Part shown: piece by piece, positions 29,618-40,232 of the stretch | Layout: every line of letters starts with the position of its first letter | Numbering within the stretch: the first letter of the stretch is position 1 | Assembly: GCA_033763455.1 (NCBI GenBank) | Contig: JANRKO010000039.1 | Span: 128,001 to 192,000, forward strand | From: Polyangiaceae bacterium | GTDB taxonomy: Bacteria > Myxococcota_A > Polyangia > Polyangiales > Polyangiaceae | DNA: 64,000 bases | Reading direction: 5' to 3' | Notes under the pieces: model-generated | What the model was told of the DNA's origin: nothing | What the model saw: only the letters and a program-made list of their open reading frames with translations | The model's database searches: none | Made by a program: the position numbers and the translations under genes

Positions 29618-30553
29618 CTACGGCGGAACGCGCCCTGCACGAGGGGCACCTTCGAACCAACGCTGAACAAAGCGCAGGATTTTCCACTGCTCAGGCCTAA
29701 GGAAGCAAAGAAACGCGACCCCCGACAACGGGTACGCGAAGGCTATCGCCATCAGCGCCAGGATCCCCCAGTGAAATAGCCACACGCCCAGTGCCCAGCA
29801 CCGAGCGACGCGAGGGCCAAAAAGAGCGAGCGGCGCGGCGAGCTCAAGAAAAAGCGAAATACCCGCGAGCGGACTGAAGACGGAACGCCAAGGCGCAAGC
29901 CAAGCACCGAGCGGCGAATGCCAACTCCCGAGCTCGATTTTGCGAAGGTTGTCGAACGCCACCTGGTTCTGGAGAACTTCCCCACTGGCCCAGCCCAACC
30001 CGGAAGCACGCACTTTGGCTACCCCGGCTAACAAGTAGACTGCCACGGTGACCGCGGACAAAGCGCGGATCCCCCAACCGTACCGCCCGTGGTCGGTAGG
30101 GTGCTCGCGTTGTGCTAAACGAGCATCGAGTGAAAGGCTGCTCGCAGCTGGGGTGAGACTCAAGAGCAGGACGTGCAGGGTCATCAGATTCTCTGAGTGA
30201 AACAACATCCCCCAGGAGTTTCTGTAGCTCGTGGTCCAGAGCAGCGAGACGGCATATGCCGGGCCCAGCCAACGAAAGCGCCAGCCCAGGCAAAAAGCTG
30301 CGCCCAAAATAACCGTCAGCGCAAACGCCACCGCGCAGGCAAGTGGTGGCAGTGGCAAAGAGAGGATCACGACGGGCCCCACAGGAGCGAAGCGCTCTTT
30401 TGGGTAGCTTGAGACGACGAGAAAATTCGGCGACCAGATCAAGAGGTATACGAGGGAATAGACCCCCGCTAGCAGGCGCAAGTAGCCCAAACGGAGCGCT
30501 GGCAGCGGCGCGTACCAGTAGCGATCAATGCCGCTTAGCAGTTGGCGCATCAT
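29618..30553 (-). CDS. HTTM-domain (SdpB / vitamin K carboxylase-like) membrane protein
   Basis: LGYLR, SLSLD, YLLAGVAK....W..G, ELAAPL, FH.GI...M. Confidence 0.7.
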   Translation of the reverse strand: MMRQLLSGIDRYWYAPLPALRLGYLRLLAGVYSLVYLLIWSPNFLVVSSYPKERFAPVGPVVILSLPLPPLACAVAFALTVILGAAFCLGWRFRWLGPAYAVSLLWTTSYRNSWGMLFHSENLMTLHVLLLSLTPAASSLSLDARLAQREHPTDHGRYGWGIRALSAVTVAVYLLAGVAKVRASGLGWASGEVLQNQVAFDNLRKIELGSWHSPLGAWLAPWRSVFSPLAGISLFLELAAPLALFGPRVARCWALGVWLFHWGILALMAIAFAYPLSGVAFLCFLRPEQWKILRFVQRWFEGAPRAGRVPP

Positions 30554-30993
30554 TGGGCTCGAGGGACACCACAGCGGGTTAGCATCTGTTCCTGAAGAGG
30601 TTTCGGCCCTAGGGCAAAGTACGCCACGGGATCATACTGGACAGCGACGAGCTCAACGGCAGTGAGATGCCGCCAGCTTGGATCCTGACTCGCACGAACG
30701 GCCACTTCGCGACATAACCCCTGCATGGCAGATTCCCCTTGATTCACACTCCTGCTGATAGTGCTGGCGGCTTGCATCACCTCGGGTCCTCCAACGACAA
30801 GGCTTGGAGGCAAGGCAACTCTATTTGCCTGAGATACCCCGACGAACTTATAGATCCAAGGATCTTCACGCTTCTTGGAAAACATGGGGTACGTCGAAAG
30901 CGGGTAGGAGTCTTTGGGCTCTTTTGACGCTGCGGGAGAGAGAACAATCGCAACGGCACCCAAGCCCACCACATAGGCCAAAAAGCGAGACAC
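30550..30993 (-). CDS. Small membrane-anchored protein, HTTM partner
   Basis: GTG with GGGGAG RBS just after the upstream stop; one TM, then DSYPLSTYPMFS; overlaps the HTTM start. Confidence 0.6.
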   Translation of the reverse strand: MSRFLAYVVGLGAVAIVLSPAASKEPKDSYPLSTYPMFSKKREDPWIYKFVGVSQANRVALPPSLVVGGPEVMQAASTISRSVNQGESAMQGLCREVAVRASQDPSWRHLTAVELVAVQYDPVAYFALGPKPLQEQMLTRCGVPRAQ

Positions 30994-30997
30994 GAGC

Positions 30998-33268
30998 TTA
31001 ACTCCCCTCAAACAGGCCAAGGGCTGCACCGTGCCCGATAGCGGCCCATGCATGTTGCACGTAGTCGATACGGATGCCGGGAGAAGCCAGGTGTCGCGAA
31101 AAGCCCCCAAGAGCTGCCACTGGCTGAGCGCAGGCAAAGCAGTTGTCGTCATTCCACTGGGTCATCACCAGAAATCCAAGCACCTGCCGCATCAGCGCCA
31201 GATCGGCATCTACAGGTTCCTTCCTAACGCGTTTAATAGCGATTGCCGCGGCAAGCGCCTCGCCGAGGCCTGCGGTCGCCGTAGTGTGTGGCAAGGAGAG
31301 TGTCCCAATGCCGTATCCGCCTTCGAGCCCAGCGTCGACGTCGCCAGCCGCGAGCACCAGCCGCGACTTGAACCTCACGTAATCAAGGCAGAAACGCTCG
31401 TAGCCGTCATTCCGGTGCACGGTTAGTGCGGCGCGCGCCGCCAAACAATGCCAATTTTCCTCAAGAAAGAAGAAGTTCCGCAGCGGATGCGCCCAATACT
31501 TCTGGCTCACATAGTCAAGCGCTCGGCCCACGGCTTCCTGCACTTTTGGGAGCTGCGGGAAACCGACAAGAGCTTCGGTAGATCGTTGCTCGCCTATGAG
31601 TAGTTGCTCGAGCCACACGAGCGCGAGTACGGCTTGCCCTTCGGCGTAAAGAGCCTTGGCGCCGCGAAGCGGCTCACCGCGCGTCACATCCATACCAGGC
31701 GCGAAAGAGCCATCGCTTTGCTGAACATGGAGCAGCGCCCTAGCAAGCCGAGCGATGGTGCGGTCGAACTGTCGACCCACCAGTGGTCGACAGCGAAGAA
31801 ATGCCGCCAAGGGTAGCGCCAAATTGTTAAGCGACGCTTGGGCGGTGCCTGGCGTCGGCAATGCCGTCATGTCTCGAATATCCGTTGCGTAAGCCACCAA
31901 ATAGGCGAGCGCCTTTTTCGCAATCTCTGATGCTAAAACGTCAGTGCCTCCCAACTCGCAGAAGGCCAGCGTGGTCCCGGCGTGGCGCGCTACAGAGCGT
32001 GACTGGGCTTCTTCTTCACCTGAAAACGGCTGCGCAAAATAGCGAAAGCCTCCGTCAGGCTGTGCCGCTTTGACCACGTAGCTCTTGGCTCGTTCACTTG
32101 CGCCGTTGAGCATTGATTGGTCGAGCGCACGGCGCACTTCACGCCCGCGTTTCAGCGGATGCAGCGCACCATCACGGCCAACCACCCAGCTCTGCGTTTC
32201 AATTCTCGTGAGACCGGAGAGAGTGCCCTCAGCACTGCCGAGATCACGTCTGAGCTCGTTGGCGTCCACGCCAACGCGGGCATCAGCATCGAAACCTAAG
32301 GCTGCACTCATGAACCGATCTCGGGCAACAAGTTGCCAGGGCACAAGGCAGCGCCCCCCATCACACACACCGTCCAACCCTGGGCGCAACTTGAAGAGAT
32401 CAATCCAGCTCAGCTTAGCGTCCAATGGCTGAGTGGCACTCACCCAATCGAAAGCCATGGGAAAGCGTTCGGCTTGTGTGCTGAGCAAGGGCTCAAGTTC
32501 TCGAGCCAACGCCGCGGGCGAATTCGCCTGAAGACAAGCCGTATGCGGCTGTGCGCCGGCGCGTGCTACGAACGTTACCAGCAGTGTCAATTCACGCTCT
32601 GCAGGCGAGTGGGGGCATTTGGCGGGGCCTAGATGGGCCAGAGGTGTGGCGGAAACGTTCCCGGTTGACCCCTTGAGCGCGGTACGAATCACACGTTCAA
32701 CTTCGGTAGGATCCGTCGGGCGTGGAGTGGCCTGAGCCGAGTGTGCCCAGCTGGCAGTGCCCCAACACACAAAGGCTAAAGCCAATGCGAGCGCACCAAG
32801 CCTTCGCAGATTTACCGCAGCCCCTCGGCGCGTCACGGCGAGCCCCCAGCACGCTAGTGGTAACGTCAACAACACCAGAAGCCCCCAGACAGCAACGAGT
32901 GCCGCCGCAACCCCCGGGCCCAAGCTGCGGTAAAGCGTTGCGAGATACCAGGCACTCGTGAAAATTGCCCAGGTCGCTCCCGCAAGTGCCCCAAGCGACG
33001 CGTACGCTAGAGCTCGCCAGCTGAGTCGTAGCCATGTGGGGCGGCCAAAGATCGCACACAGCGCCGTCGCCGCATGGAGGGCACCTAATACCCAACAAGC
33101 GCTCACGAAGACATGAGCTGAACCCCAGGGTAACTTCCCCGCACCCCAAATAAAGACCGGTGCCTCAAGTAGGCAAATCAGCGTTACTCCCAAGCGCACT
33201 CCCCACCCTATGCGCTGCTCGCTGACGATGGCTCTCTGATCCCCGAGCTGATCCTGGCCATCCGACAT
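30998..33268 (-). CDS. Membrane-anchored protein with a helical C-terminal domain (RHAGT...RIDYVQH)
   Basis: About 5 N-terminal TM segments; Q..DG.F repeats suggest an alpha/alpha barrel; function unknown. Confidence 0.65.
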   Translation of the reverse strand: MSDGQDQLGDQRAIVSEQRIGWGVRLGVTLICLLEAPVFIWGAGKLPWGSAHVFVSACWVLGALHAATALCAIFGRPTWLRLSWRALAYASLGALAGATWAIFTSAWYLATLYRSLGPGVAAALVAVWGLLVLLTLPLACWGLAVTRRGAAVNLRRLGALALALAFVCWGTASWAHSAQATPRPTDPTEVERVIRTALKGSTGNVSATPLAHLGPAKCPHSPAERELTLLVTFVARAGAQPHTACLQANSPAALARELEPLLSTQAERFPMAFDWVSATQPLDAKLSWIDLFKLRPGLDGVCDGGRCLVPWQLVARDRFMSAALGFDADARVGVDANELRRDLGSAEGTLSGLTRIETQSWVVGRDGALHPLKRGREVRRALDQSMLNGASERAKSYVVKAAQPDGGFRYFAQPFSGEEEAQSRSVARHAGTTLAFCELGGTDVLASEIAKKALAYLVAYATDIRDMTALPTPGTAQASLNNLALPLAAFLRCRPLVGRQFDRTIARLARALLHVQQSDGSFAPGMDVTRGEPLRGAKALYAEGQAVLALVWLEQLLIGEQRSTEALVGFPQLPKVQEAVGRALDYVSQKYWAHPLRNFFFLEENWHCLAARAALTVHRNDGYERFCLDYVRFKSRLVLAAGDVDAGLEGGYGIGTLSLPHTTATAGLGEALAAAIAIKRVRKEPVDADLALMRQVLGFLVMTQWNDDNCFACAQPVAALGGFSRHLASPGIRIDYVQHAWAAIGHGAALGLFEGS

Positions 33269-33392
33269 GGAGGCCGCGTAGCACAGGGCGATTCCGAGAC
33301 AAACTCCTCAGGTCCGATGAACCCCGAGGCCGCGTGCGGCGTGATCTCATCCTGGTCGAGATCGCGCCGACGCACCAGGGCTTACCGAGCGG

Positions 33393-34613
33393 TCACCTGA
33401 CCGTAAAAAGCTCTTCCGGCTTACCCGGCGGCGTTACCCAAAGCTGCAGGTTGATCTCGTAGCGGGGCCCCTGAAAATATTCGAGCACAAGTGAATGATC
33501 CCCAGCGCTCAACTGCACCTTCCCGCGAGCTTGCTTGGGCGGATGCACGCCGTCGTTGTCGATAACAACTTGGGAGCCGTCAATGATGAGCTTCGCACCG
33601 TCATCGCTTGAAAGGCGGAACTCATACTCCCCACCTTCTGCAATTTGGAAGGTGCCCACATAGCGGATCGCGAACCACTCAAAGCGATCAGCAATCCCGG
33701 GAAAACCTCGGTCCCAGGCGCGCGGCGCGATGTCCCACTCGCACGCGTAGACAACGCTCACAGGCGTGAGGGATTCCCAATTCTTCGGGAGCTTCTTAGT
33801 TTTCGCAGCAAGCGGGAACACCTGCCCCTCAAAGCAGCCGCGTACGGGCTTCTCGTAGCCGAAAACATTGGGCGGCGGCTCTGCTGGCGGCTCTATTGGG
33901 TTTTCGAGTTCGGCGACGGTGGGCGGCGCTGCGGGAACGGGTGGCGGGGGCGGCGGTGGTGTTGCAGTGGCGGTAGCCGTGGGCGCGGGAGATGGCGCTG
34001 CGGTTGCAGTGGGTGCAGGTGACGGCGGCACGGTGGCGGTTGGTGCGGGCGGTGGTGCTGCGGTTGCCGTTGGCGCGGGCGCTGGCGCGGGCGCTTTGCT
34101 TGCCTGTGGCTTCGTGGGCAGCTTCCCCTGACCCCGACTTAGCACCGTGCCTTCAGAAGTAGCAGGCTTGCTGGCTACTTCTTCCCGCACCGGTGTGGGC
34201 GGCACGGTGGGGGGAACCGGAGTGCGAGGCGGCGCACACTCAGTAGCGGCGCTCTGCCCGCCCGAAACTTTGCCAGACGCATCAGCAGCCCCCTTTGCGC
34301 TTGCCCCATCTGGGCCGATCTTAGCAGTTCCCGCTAAGTGAGCGATGCCGACGAACTTGGTGGGAACCTGCGTTCGACACAGCCGCCCGCTCCGGCCTTG
34401 CCAATCGATCTTAACGCTAGCCTTCACCGACTTGTGAAAACTTCCCGACCACTTGCTTCCCTTTCCGTCCGAGGCCCCTTCGTTAACAGGCGTGGGCGGT
34501 GGCGATTGACCCCCTTGACCCGTGGCCGAGGAGTTCGTGTCCGTGCTGGCGCGGAATTGGGCAGCACAGCCAGCGACGAGGAGCAAGGATAAAGCAGCAA
34601 GGGGACGACTCAT
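33393..34613 (-). CDS. PA14-domain lipoprotein with Pro/Ala/Thr linker
   Basis: Lipobox VAGC; FAIRY.G, FRLSSDDG, IDNDGVH, LEYFQG. Confidence 0.85.
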   Translation of the reverse strand: MSRPLAALSLLLVAGCAAQFRASTDTNSSATGQGGQSPPPTPVNEGASDGKGSKWSGSFHKSVKASVKIDWQGRSGRLCRTQVPTKFVGIAHLAGTAKIGPDGASAKGAADASGKVSGGQSAATECAPPRTPVPPTVPPTPVREEVASKPATSEGTVLSRGQGKLPTKPQASKAPAPAPAPTATAAPPPAPTATVPPSPAPTATAAPSPAPTATATATPPPPPPPVPAAPPTVAELENPIEPPAEPPPNVFGYEKPVRGCFEGQVFPLAAKTKKLPKNWESLTPVSVVYACEWDIAPRAWDRGFPGIADRFEWFAIRYVGTFQIAEGGEYEFRLSSDDGAKLIIDGSQVVIDNDGVHPPKQARGKVQLSAGDHSLVLEYFQGPRYEINLQLWVTPPGKPEELFTVR

Positions 34614-34836
34614 TTAGCGGATATTCGCAGCTCGGCATGGGCGCGTCAAATGCGGCATCGGCACCTGGATTTCCTCGCATTGTCAAGCCGCTTCGTTCGG
34701 TGCTGGGGATTCCAATTCCGAAGATCGACTAGAAGCGTTAGCCAGAAACCCACAACGAATGGCCCTAAGTGGTGCTCCCGTGCGGGGGCGCTCACCGCTT
34801 CAGCGCGTTGCACCGCGCTCTTCGCCAATAAGCGGA

Positions 34837-35496
34837 TCAGCGTTGGCGTATCTTGCCGAGGTTTGACACTAAGTTGCAGTTTGCTACAGCACTGGCTAGA
34901 CGCTGCTTTGCAAGCTCAAAGTTGTCGATAAGCTCGACGTTCCCCTGTTTGATGTGCAGCGTACCCACGTATTCGCAGCGGGCTTTTGCTTTGGGGAACT
35001 CTAGGTTGACCGCGATGGTGCCCATCTCTCGCTTTCCGTGGAACTCAGGGTCTTTCCGGCCCTCCTCTTCGAAGAACGGGTACGAACGAATGAATGCTTC
35101 AAATGTGCGTTCTTGGACAGCACCGCCCAAGTTTAGTCCGCGCTTGGGGGAGGACCTCAGTCCTATGGAGGCCAGGTAGAAGGGCTCCCGTTCAGCCCTA
35201 ACGCTAAAAATCCCACCATGTTCGAGAGCCTCTTGGGTCAGCCCACGAAGGGGTGACGCATCCTCCGGGTTACCGAAGGCCTCGCTGTCCTGAAAGTACA
35301 AGAAACCGAGCGTAGTGGATTTATCATCTACGATGAGTTCTCCGATAACGACTCGCTCATCAGCGCCCACCCAATCAACGTCTTTGGCTCGAAGGTAGCC
35401 TTTCTGGCAGCCCGCGAGGCTACAGATCACGCCAAGGACCCCTGCGATTCGACTGCCGTTACGCGGTGCCACCCACATCGGAGGGCAGCCTAGCAA
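34837..35496 (-). CDS. Hypothetical lipoprotein
   Basis: Lipobox LAGC; ORF fills the gap; start uncertain. Confidence 0.55.
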   Translation of the reverse strand: MLGCPPMWVAPRNGSRIAGVLGVICSLAGCQKGYLRAKDVDWVGADERVVIGELIVDDKSTTLGFLYFQDSEAFGNPEDASPLRGLTQEALEHGGIFSVRAEREPFYLASIGLRSSPKRGLNLGGAVQERTFEAFIRSYPFFEEEGRKDPEFHGKREMGTIAVNLEFPKAKARCEYVGTLHIKQGNVELIDNFELAKQRLASAVANCNLVSNLGKIRQR

Positions 35497-35523
35497 GACC
35501 CGCTCACCGTGCCAATCGGCGCC

Positions 35524-35952
35524 TTACCCTGTTGGCTGGGCTAGGAGCTCACACTTAAAATCGACGACAGCTTGAACCACAAGAAAATCGCGATCCATGG
35601 TCAGAACTGTCGCTCCGAGGACGCGTGCTGATAGGGCGACCAAGACGTCATTGACCAGTGACGCGCGGTGAACCTGATGCCCACGGTCGTGCAGCCTCTG
35701 AAGGACCTCCCCGGCCTGCGCCAGAGTGTCCGGCTGCAACCCGATGCATCGCCCTCCCGCTCGATAAGCGCGTGCTAGCTGGCCCAACGCTCGCCTCGCC
35801 GGAAGTGTACGAGCACCAACTGCAAGCTCCATGAGGACAACCCCAGAGAGGTACCGCGTTAGGCCACGCCCGAGCATTATGTCTTCGTGCAGACCACGAT
35901 TCAGCCAGTTGATGTAGACGTTGGTATCGATAATTACCTTACGCAGGCTCAT
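35524..35952 (-). CDS. vapC: VapC PIN-domain toxin
   Basis: IIDTNVYI, V.MEL, DVLVA.SA, LT.DRDF. Confidence 0.9.
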   Translation of the reverse strand: MSLRKVIIDTNVYINWLNRGLHEDIMLGRGLTRYLSGVVLMELAVGARTLPARRALGQLARAYRAGGRCIGLQPDTLAQAGEVLQRLHDRGHQVHRASLVNDVLVALSARVLGATVLTMDRDFLVVQAVVDFKCELLAQPTG

Positions 35953-36134
35953 CGAACGACGGGCTCGAAGCCACCTATCGACCGAACGCGTCGATGCGCT
36001 TTCAGGATTGGCTCCTCACCCAACACAAGGTCCAGCGCCTGCTCCACCGTCTCCTGCTCCGTCTTTGCGCCCAAGAGCTTCTTCGCGCGATCAATCTTAG
36101 ACTGATCAAGCTTCATGTGTTTGTGCTTCTGCAT
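35949..36134 (-). CDS. vapB: VapB-type antitoxin
   Basis: About 60 aa, LDQSKIDRAKKLLGAKTEQETVEQAL; ATGA overlap with vapC. Confidence 0.8.
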   Translation of the reverse strand: MQKHKHMKLDQSKIDRAKKLLGAKTEQETVEQALDLVLGEEPILKAHRRVRSIGGFEPVVR

Positions 36135-36276
36135 GTACACAGATCATTCTAGCGTGTACATCGTCGATCGACCAGCAGAACTACCATCAAGCACCTTTCG
36201 CGGCTTCCTGGAAGTCTCTCGATCGGCCTCTATGGGCCTGCGTAGCCCGCCCGCTTAAGGTAAGTCGCCGCACTCC

Positions 36277-36292
36277 GACACACCCCGGAAAC
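36277..36292 (+). promoter_or_regulatory. GACAC-N6-GAAAC box upstream of ureD
   Basis: TCCGACACaccccgGAAACC compared with TCCGACACattcccGAAACC at the guanidine operon. Confidence 0.6.
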
Positions 36293-36304
36293 CAAACCTC
36301 AGCC

Positions 36305-37177
36305 ATGCTACCGGGCTGGGCCATGCTTTCCCCCGAACCTCAGCCTAGCCAACCAAAAAGCCACGGGCCCTGGAACGCCCGGCTCTCGCTCGGGTTCTCC
36401 GAACGCCACAGAAGAACGATTCTAACCGCTGAGCAGCACCTGGGCCCGCTCGTGATCCAGAGGCCTTTTTATCCGGAAGATACCGGTGGTTGCCACGTGT
36501 ATATCCTGCATCCACCAGGCGGTGTCGCCGGTGGTGATCGGTTGACTTTCGAAGCTCGGCTTGGCGCTGGTGCACAGGTTTTATTCACAACGCCAGGCGC
36601 CACAAAATATTATCGCACGGGCGATCTGCCTGCGAGCCAACATCAAGCCTTGAGTGTGGGCTCTGGTGGATTTCTGGAGTGGCTCCCACAGGAAACTATC
36701 GTTTTTAGCGGCGCGGACGTAACTCTCGGCACGAGCGTTGAGCTTGGGGAAAACGCTGGGTTTGTGGGTTGGGAGATCTTGTGCTTGGGGCGGCGCGCGG
36801 GAGGCCACAGCTTTGACTTGGGGAGCGTGCGGCAACGCTTTGAAGTTCGTACTCAAGAAGGGCCACAGGTTCTCGATCGCGCACTCTACGAAGCGAAGAG
36901 CAGCCTCCTTCGGGCGGCCTATGGCCTAAATGGCGCGTCGGTGGTGGGGGTACTGCTGATAGCTCAGGGCACCCCAGCGTTAGTGGAGAGCATTCGCGCG
37001 GGCTGGGCGGGCCGCGCCGCACTGGTTTCGGCCACACTCGTCAACGGCATCGCTATCTGTCGCTATCTTGGGGAGAGTGCCGCGGAGGCCAAGGCGCTCT
37101 TTACCGATGCCTGGATCATTGCCAAAACGGCTCTTACCGGGGCTCGGCCTGCTCTGCCTAGGATCTGGGCCACCTGA
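36305..37177 (+). CDS. ureD: Urease accessory protein UreD
   Basis: GPL.IQRPFYPE, LHPPGG..GGD, TTPGATK.Y, LEWLPQETI, PRIWAT. Confidence 0.95.
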   Translation: MLPGWAMLSPEPQPSQPKSHGPWNARLSLGFSERHRRTILTAEQHLGPLVIQRPFYPEDTGGCHVYILHPPGGVAGGDRLTFEARLGAGAQVLFTTPGATKYYRTGDLPASQHQALSVGSGGFLEWLPQETIVFSGADVTLGTSVELGENAGFVGWEILCLGRRAGGHSFDLGSVRQRFEVRTQEGPQVLDRALYEAKSSLLRAAYGLNGASVVGVLLIAQGTPALVESIRAGWAGRAALVSATLVNGIAICRYLGESAAEAKALFTDAWIIAKTALTGARPALPRIWAT

Positions 37178-37195
37178 AGAAGCGAAAGATACGCC

Positions 37196-37498
37196 ATGGA
37201 ACTATTACCGCGAGAGAAAGATAAGCTGCTGTTGTTTACGGCAGGGCTCCTTGCCGAACGCCGGCGGGCCCGGGGGCTAAAGCTCAACTACCCGGAGGCC
37301 GTCGCTTTCATATCCGCAGCAATTCTTGAAGGCGCCCGGGATGGCAGAACGGTAGCTGAGCTCATGAGCTTCGGTAAAACGTTGCTGCGCCGTGATGAAG
37401 TGATGGAGGGCGTGCCGGAGATGATCCCCGAAGTGCAGGTGGAGGCCACCTTTCCAGATGGCACGAAGCTAGTGACCGTCCACAACCCGATCGTTTGA
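37196..37498 (+). CDS. ureA: Urease subunit gamma
   Basis: [11 protein letters not shown]...[14 protein letters not shown]. Confidence 0.98.
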   Translation: MELLPREKDKLLLFTAGLLAERRRARGLKLNYPEAVAFISAAILEGARDGRTVAELMSFGKTLLRRDEVMEGVPEMIPEVQVEATFPDGTKLVTVHNPIV

Positions 37499-37506
37499 GG
37501 CACGCT

Positions 37507-37815
37507 ATGTTACCCGGAGAAATCATTACCTTAGACGGCAACATCGAGCTCAATGTTGGCCGCCCAACGCTCAGTATTACCGTGGCAAACTCTGGAGATC
37601 GACCGATTCAGGTGGGCTCCCACTATCACTTCTACGAAACCAATGCGGCGCTCTTGTTCGACCGCGAACCAACTCGCGGTTTCCATTTGAACATCGCCGC
37701 GGGTACGGCCGTTCGTTTTGAGCCAGGGCAAACACGCAGCGTCGAGCTCGTGGCTTATGCCGGTAAACGCGAGATATTTGGCTTCAATGCCAAGGTAATG
37801 GGGGCGCTCGAATAA
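37507..37815 (+). CDS. ureB: Urease subunit beta
   Basis: [27 protein letters not shown]. Confidence 0.97.
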   Translation: MLPGEIITLDGNIELNVGRPTLSITVANSGDRPIQVGSHYHFYETNAALLFDREPTRGFHLNIAAGTAVRFEPGQTRSVELVAYAGKREIFGFNAKVMGALE

Positions 37816-39518
37816 TGGTTAGCATCAGCCGGCGGGCATACGCTGAAATGTACGGGCCCACCGTGGGCGATCGGGTTCGCCTGGGGGACACTGAGCTTTG
37901 GATCTGCGTGGAGGAAGATCGCACTGTATATGGCGATGAAGTGAAGTTTGGCGGCGGGAAAGTGATCCGAGATGGCATGGGCCAAAGCCAGCTCACCAAT
38001 CGCGACGCAGTAGATACGGTGATTACCAACGCTCTCATCTTGGACCATTGGGGCATCGTGAAGGCCGACATTGGGATCCGCGCCGGGCGCATTTCTGGCA
38101 TTGGCAAAGCGGGCAACCCAGACACACAAGCTAACGTCACTATCGTGATTGGCCCTGGTACAGAAGTGATCGCAGGCGAAGGGCTCATTGCAACGCCGGG
38201 CGGTATTGATTCGCACATTCACTTCATTTGCCCTCAACAAATCGACGACGCTTTGATGAGCGGCGTCACCACCATGATAGGTGGGGGCACGGGGCCAGCT
38301 GCGGGCACCAGCGCCACCACATGCACGCCTGGGCCTTGGAACATCCACCGCATGCTCCAGGCAGCAGATGCGCTGCCGATGAATCTAGGCTTTTTGGGCA
38401 AGGGGAATGCCAGCCTGCCGGCGGCACTCGATGAACAAGTGGAAGCGGGAGTGATGGGCCTGAAGCTTCACGAAGATTGGGGCACCACACCCGCGGCTAT
38501 CGACAATTGCCTGAGCGTTGCCGAGCGCTTTGACATCCAGGTGGCCATCCATACGGACACCTTGAATGAATCTGGGTTTGTAGAGGACACCTTCCGAGCT
38601 TTCAAGAACCGCTCCATTCATGCCTACCACACGGAGGGAGCCGGTGGCGGCCATGCTCCGGATATCATCAAAGCTTGTGGGCTGGATTGTGTGTTGCCCT
38701 CCTCCACGAATCCCACGCGCCCGTACACCATCAACACCATCGATGAACATCTAGACATGCTCATGGTGTGCCACCACCTAGATCCTGCCATCGCAGAAGA
38801 TGTGGCGTTCGCCGAATCTCGCATCCGCAGAGAAACGATTGCCGCCGAAGACATCCTGCACGATCTTGGCGCTTTCAGTATGATCTCATCGGATTCCCAA
38901 GCTATGGGGCGCGTGGGCGAAGTGGCCATTCGCACGTGGCAAACGGCGCACAAGATGAAAGTGCAACGCGGCAGCTTGGCGCAAGATCCTGCCGAGCACG
39001 ATAATTTCCGAGCGAAACGCTACATCGCCAAATACACCATTAACCCCGCCATTACGCATGGCATTGCGCATGAAGTGGGCTCGATTGAGGTCGGAAAGCT
39101 CGCGGATATTGTGCTCTTCAAGCCCGCCTTTTTCGCCGCCAAGCCAGCCCTCATCATCAAAGGTGGGCTCATTATTGCCGCGCCCATGGGCGATCCGAAC
39201 GCCTCCATCCCAACGCCACAGCCCGTGCACTACCGCCCCATGTTCGGAGCGCTTGCGGGTGCACGGCACGCCACGTGTCTGACGTTCATCTCCCAGGCGG
39301 CAGAGGCGCTCGGCATCCCTCAAACGCTGCAGCTCAAAAAACGCTCCGTTGCCGTGAAGGATACGCGCTCGGTGAGAAAATCAAGTCTCATTCACAACAG
39401 CTATCTACCTCACATGGAAGTGGATCCGCAAACGTATGAAGTGCGTGCCGACGGCGAAAAGTTGGTGTGTGAGCCTGCCGCCTCTCTGCCGCTTGCTCAA
39501 CGCTACTTCTTGTTTTGA
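37815..39518 (+). CDS. ureC: Urease subunit alpha
   Basis: [31 protein letters not shown]. Confidence 0.99.
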   Translation: MVSISRRAYAEMYGPTVGDRVRLGDTELWICVEEDRTVYGDEVKFGGGKVIRDGMGQSQLTNRDAVDTVITNALILDHWGIVKADIGIRAGRISGIGKAGNPDTQANVTIVIGPGTEVIAGEGLIATPGGIDSHIHFICPQQIDDALMSGVTTMIGGGTGPAAGTSATTCTPGPWNIHRMLQAADALPMNLGFLGKGNASLPAALDEQVEAGVMGLKLHEDWGTTPAAIDNCLSVAERFDIQVAIHTDTLNESGFVEDTFRAFKNRSIHAYHTEGAGGGHAPDIIKACGLDCVLPSSTNPTRPYTINTIDEHLDMLMVCHHLDPAIAEDVAFAESRIRRETIAAEDILHDLGAFSMISSDSQAMGRVGEVAIRTWQTAHKMKVQRGSLAQDPAEHDNFRAKRYIAKYTINPAITHGIAHEVGSIEVGKLADIVLFKPAFFAAKPALIIKGGLIIAAPMGDPNASIPTPQPVHYRPMFGALAGARHATCLTFISQAAEALGIPQTLQLKKRSVAVKDTRSVRKSSLIHNSYLPHMEVDPQTYEVRADGEKLVCEPAASLPLAQRYFLF

Positions 39519-39524
39519 GGCACC

Positions 39525-40232
39525 ATGCTGAAAGTTACCGAAAGACTCACCGTTCTGCAGCCGAAGAGCGATTGCGTTCTCTCTCTCCCTTTTGAGCTCC
39601 GTCAACGCAGCCGCCTGCGCTGTGTAGATACGAACGGGCGCGAGCTTGGGCTATTCCTCGCGCGTGGCGGAGTGCTACGCCATGGAGACCAATTGCGCGC
39701 CGAAAATGGCGAAATCATCACCGTTGAAGCCGCTCTTGAAACGGTATCGATCGTCACGAGCGACAATCCTTTTGAGCTAAGCCGAGCTGCGTATCACCTC
39801 GGGAACCGGCACATTCCGCTCGAAATCAAGCCAGGGCGCTTAGCTTACCACCACGACCATGTGCTCGACGACATGGTGCGAACCTTGGGCTTCGAAATCC
39901 AGGTCAAAGATGCGCGCTTCGAGCCCGAGCCCGGCGCGTACGGTGGCCACACACATACGCACGGAAGCAGCGATCATCATCACGATCACACGCAGCGTGA
40001 CCATCATCACGATCACACGCAGCATGACCATCATCACGATCACATCCAGGGTGACGATCACCACACCGACCATCACCACATCGACCATCACCACACCGAG
40101 CACGATCGCCGGCACACCGGGCACGATCACCACACCGGGCACGATCGCCACACCGGACACGATCACCACGTAGACCACTCAGATCACGCAGACGATCCCA
40201 ACACTCACACAGCGCCCGACCCTCATCATTGA
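39525..40232 (+). CDS. ureE: Urease accessory protein UreE with a long His-rich tail
   Basis: AYHLGNRH, DHVLDDM, FEPE.GAY followed by an approximately 95-aa His/Asp tail. Confidence 0.95.
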   Translation: MLKVTERLTVLQPKSDCVLSLPFELRQRSRLRCVDTNGRELGLFLARGGVLRHGDQLRAENGEIITVEAALETVSIVTSDNPFELSRAAYHLGNRHIPLEIKPGRLAYHHDHVLDDMVRTLGFEIQVKDARFEPEPGAYGGHTHTHGSSDHHHDHTQRDHHHDHTQHDHHHDHIQGDDHHTDHHHIDHHHTEHDRRHTGHDHHTGHDRHTGHDHHVDHSDHADDPNTHTAPDPHH

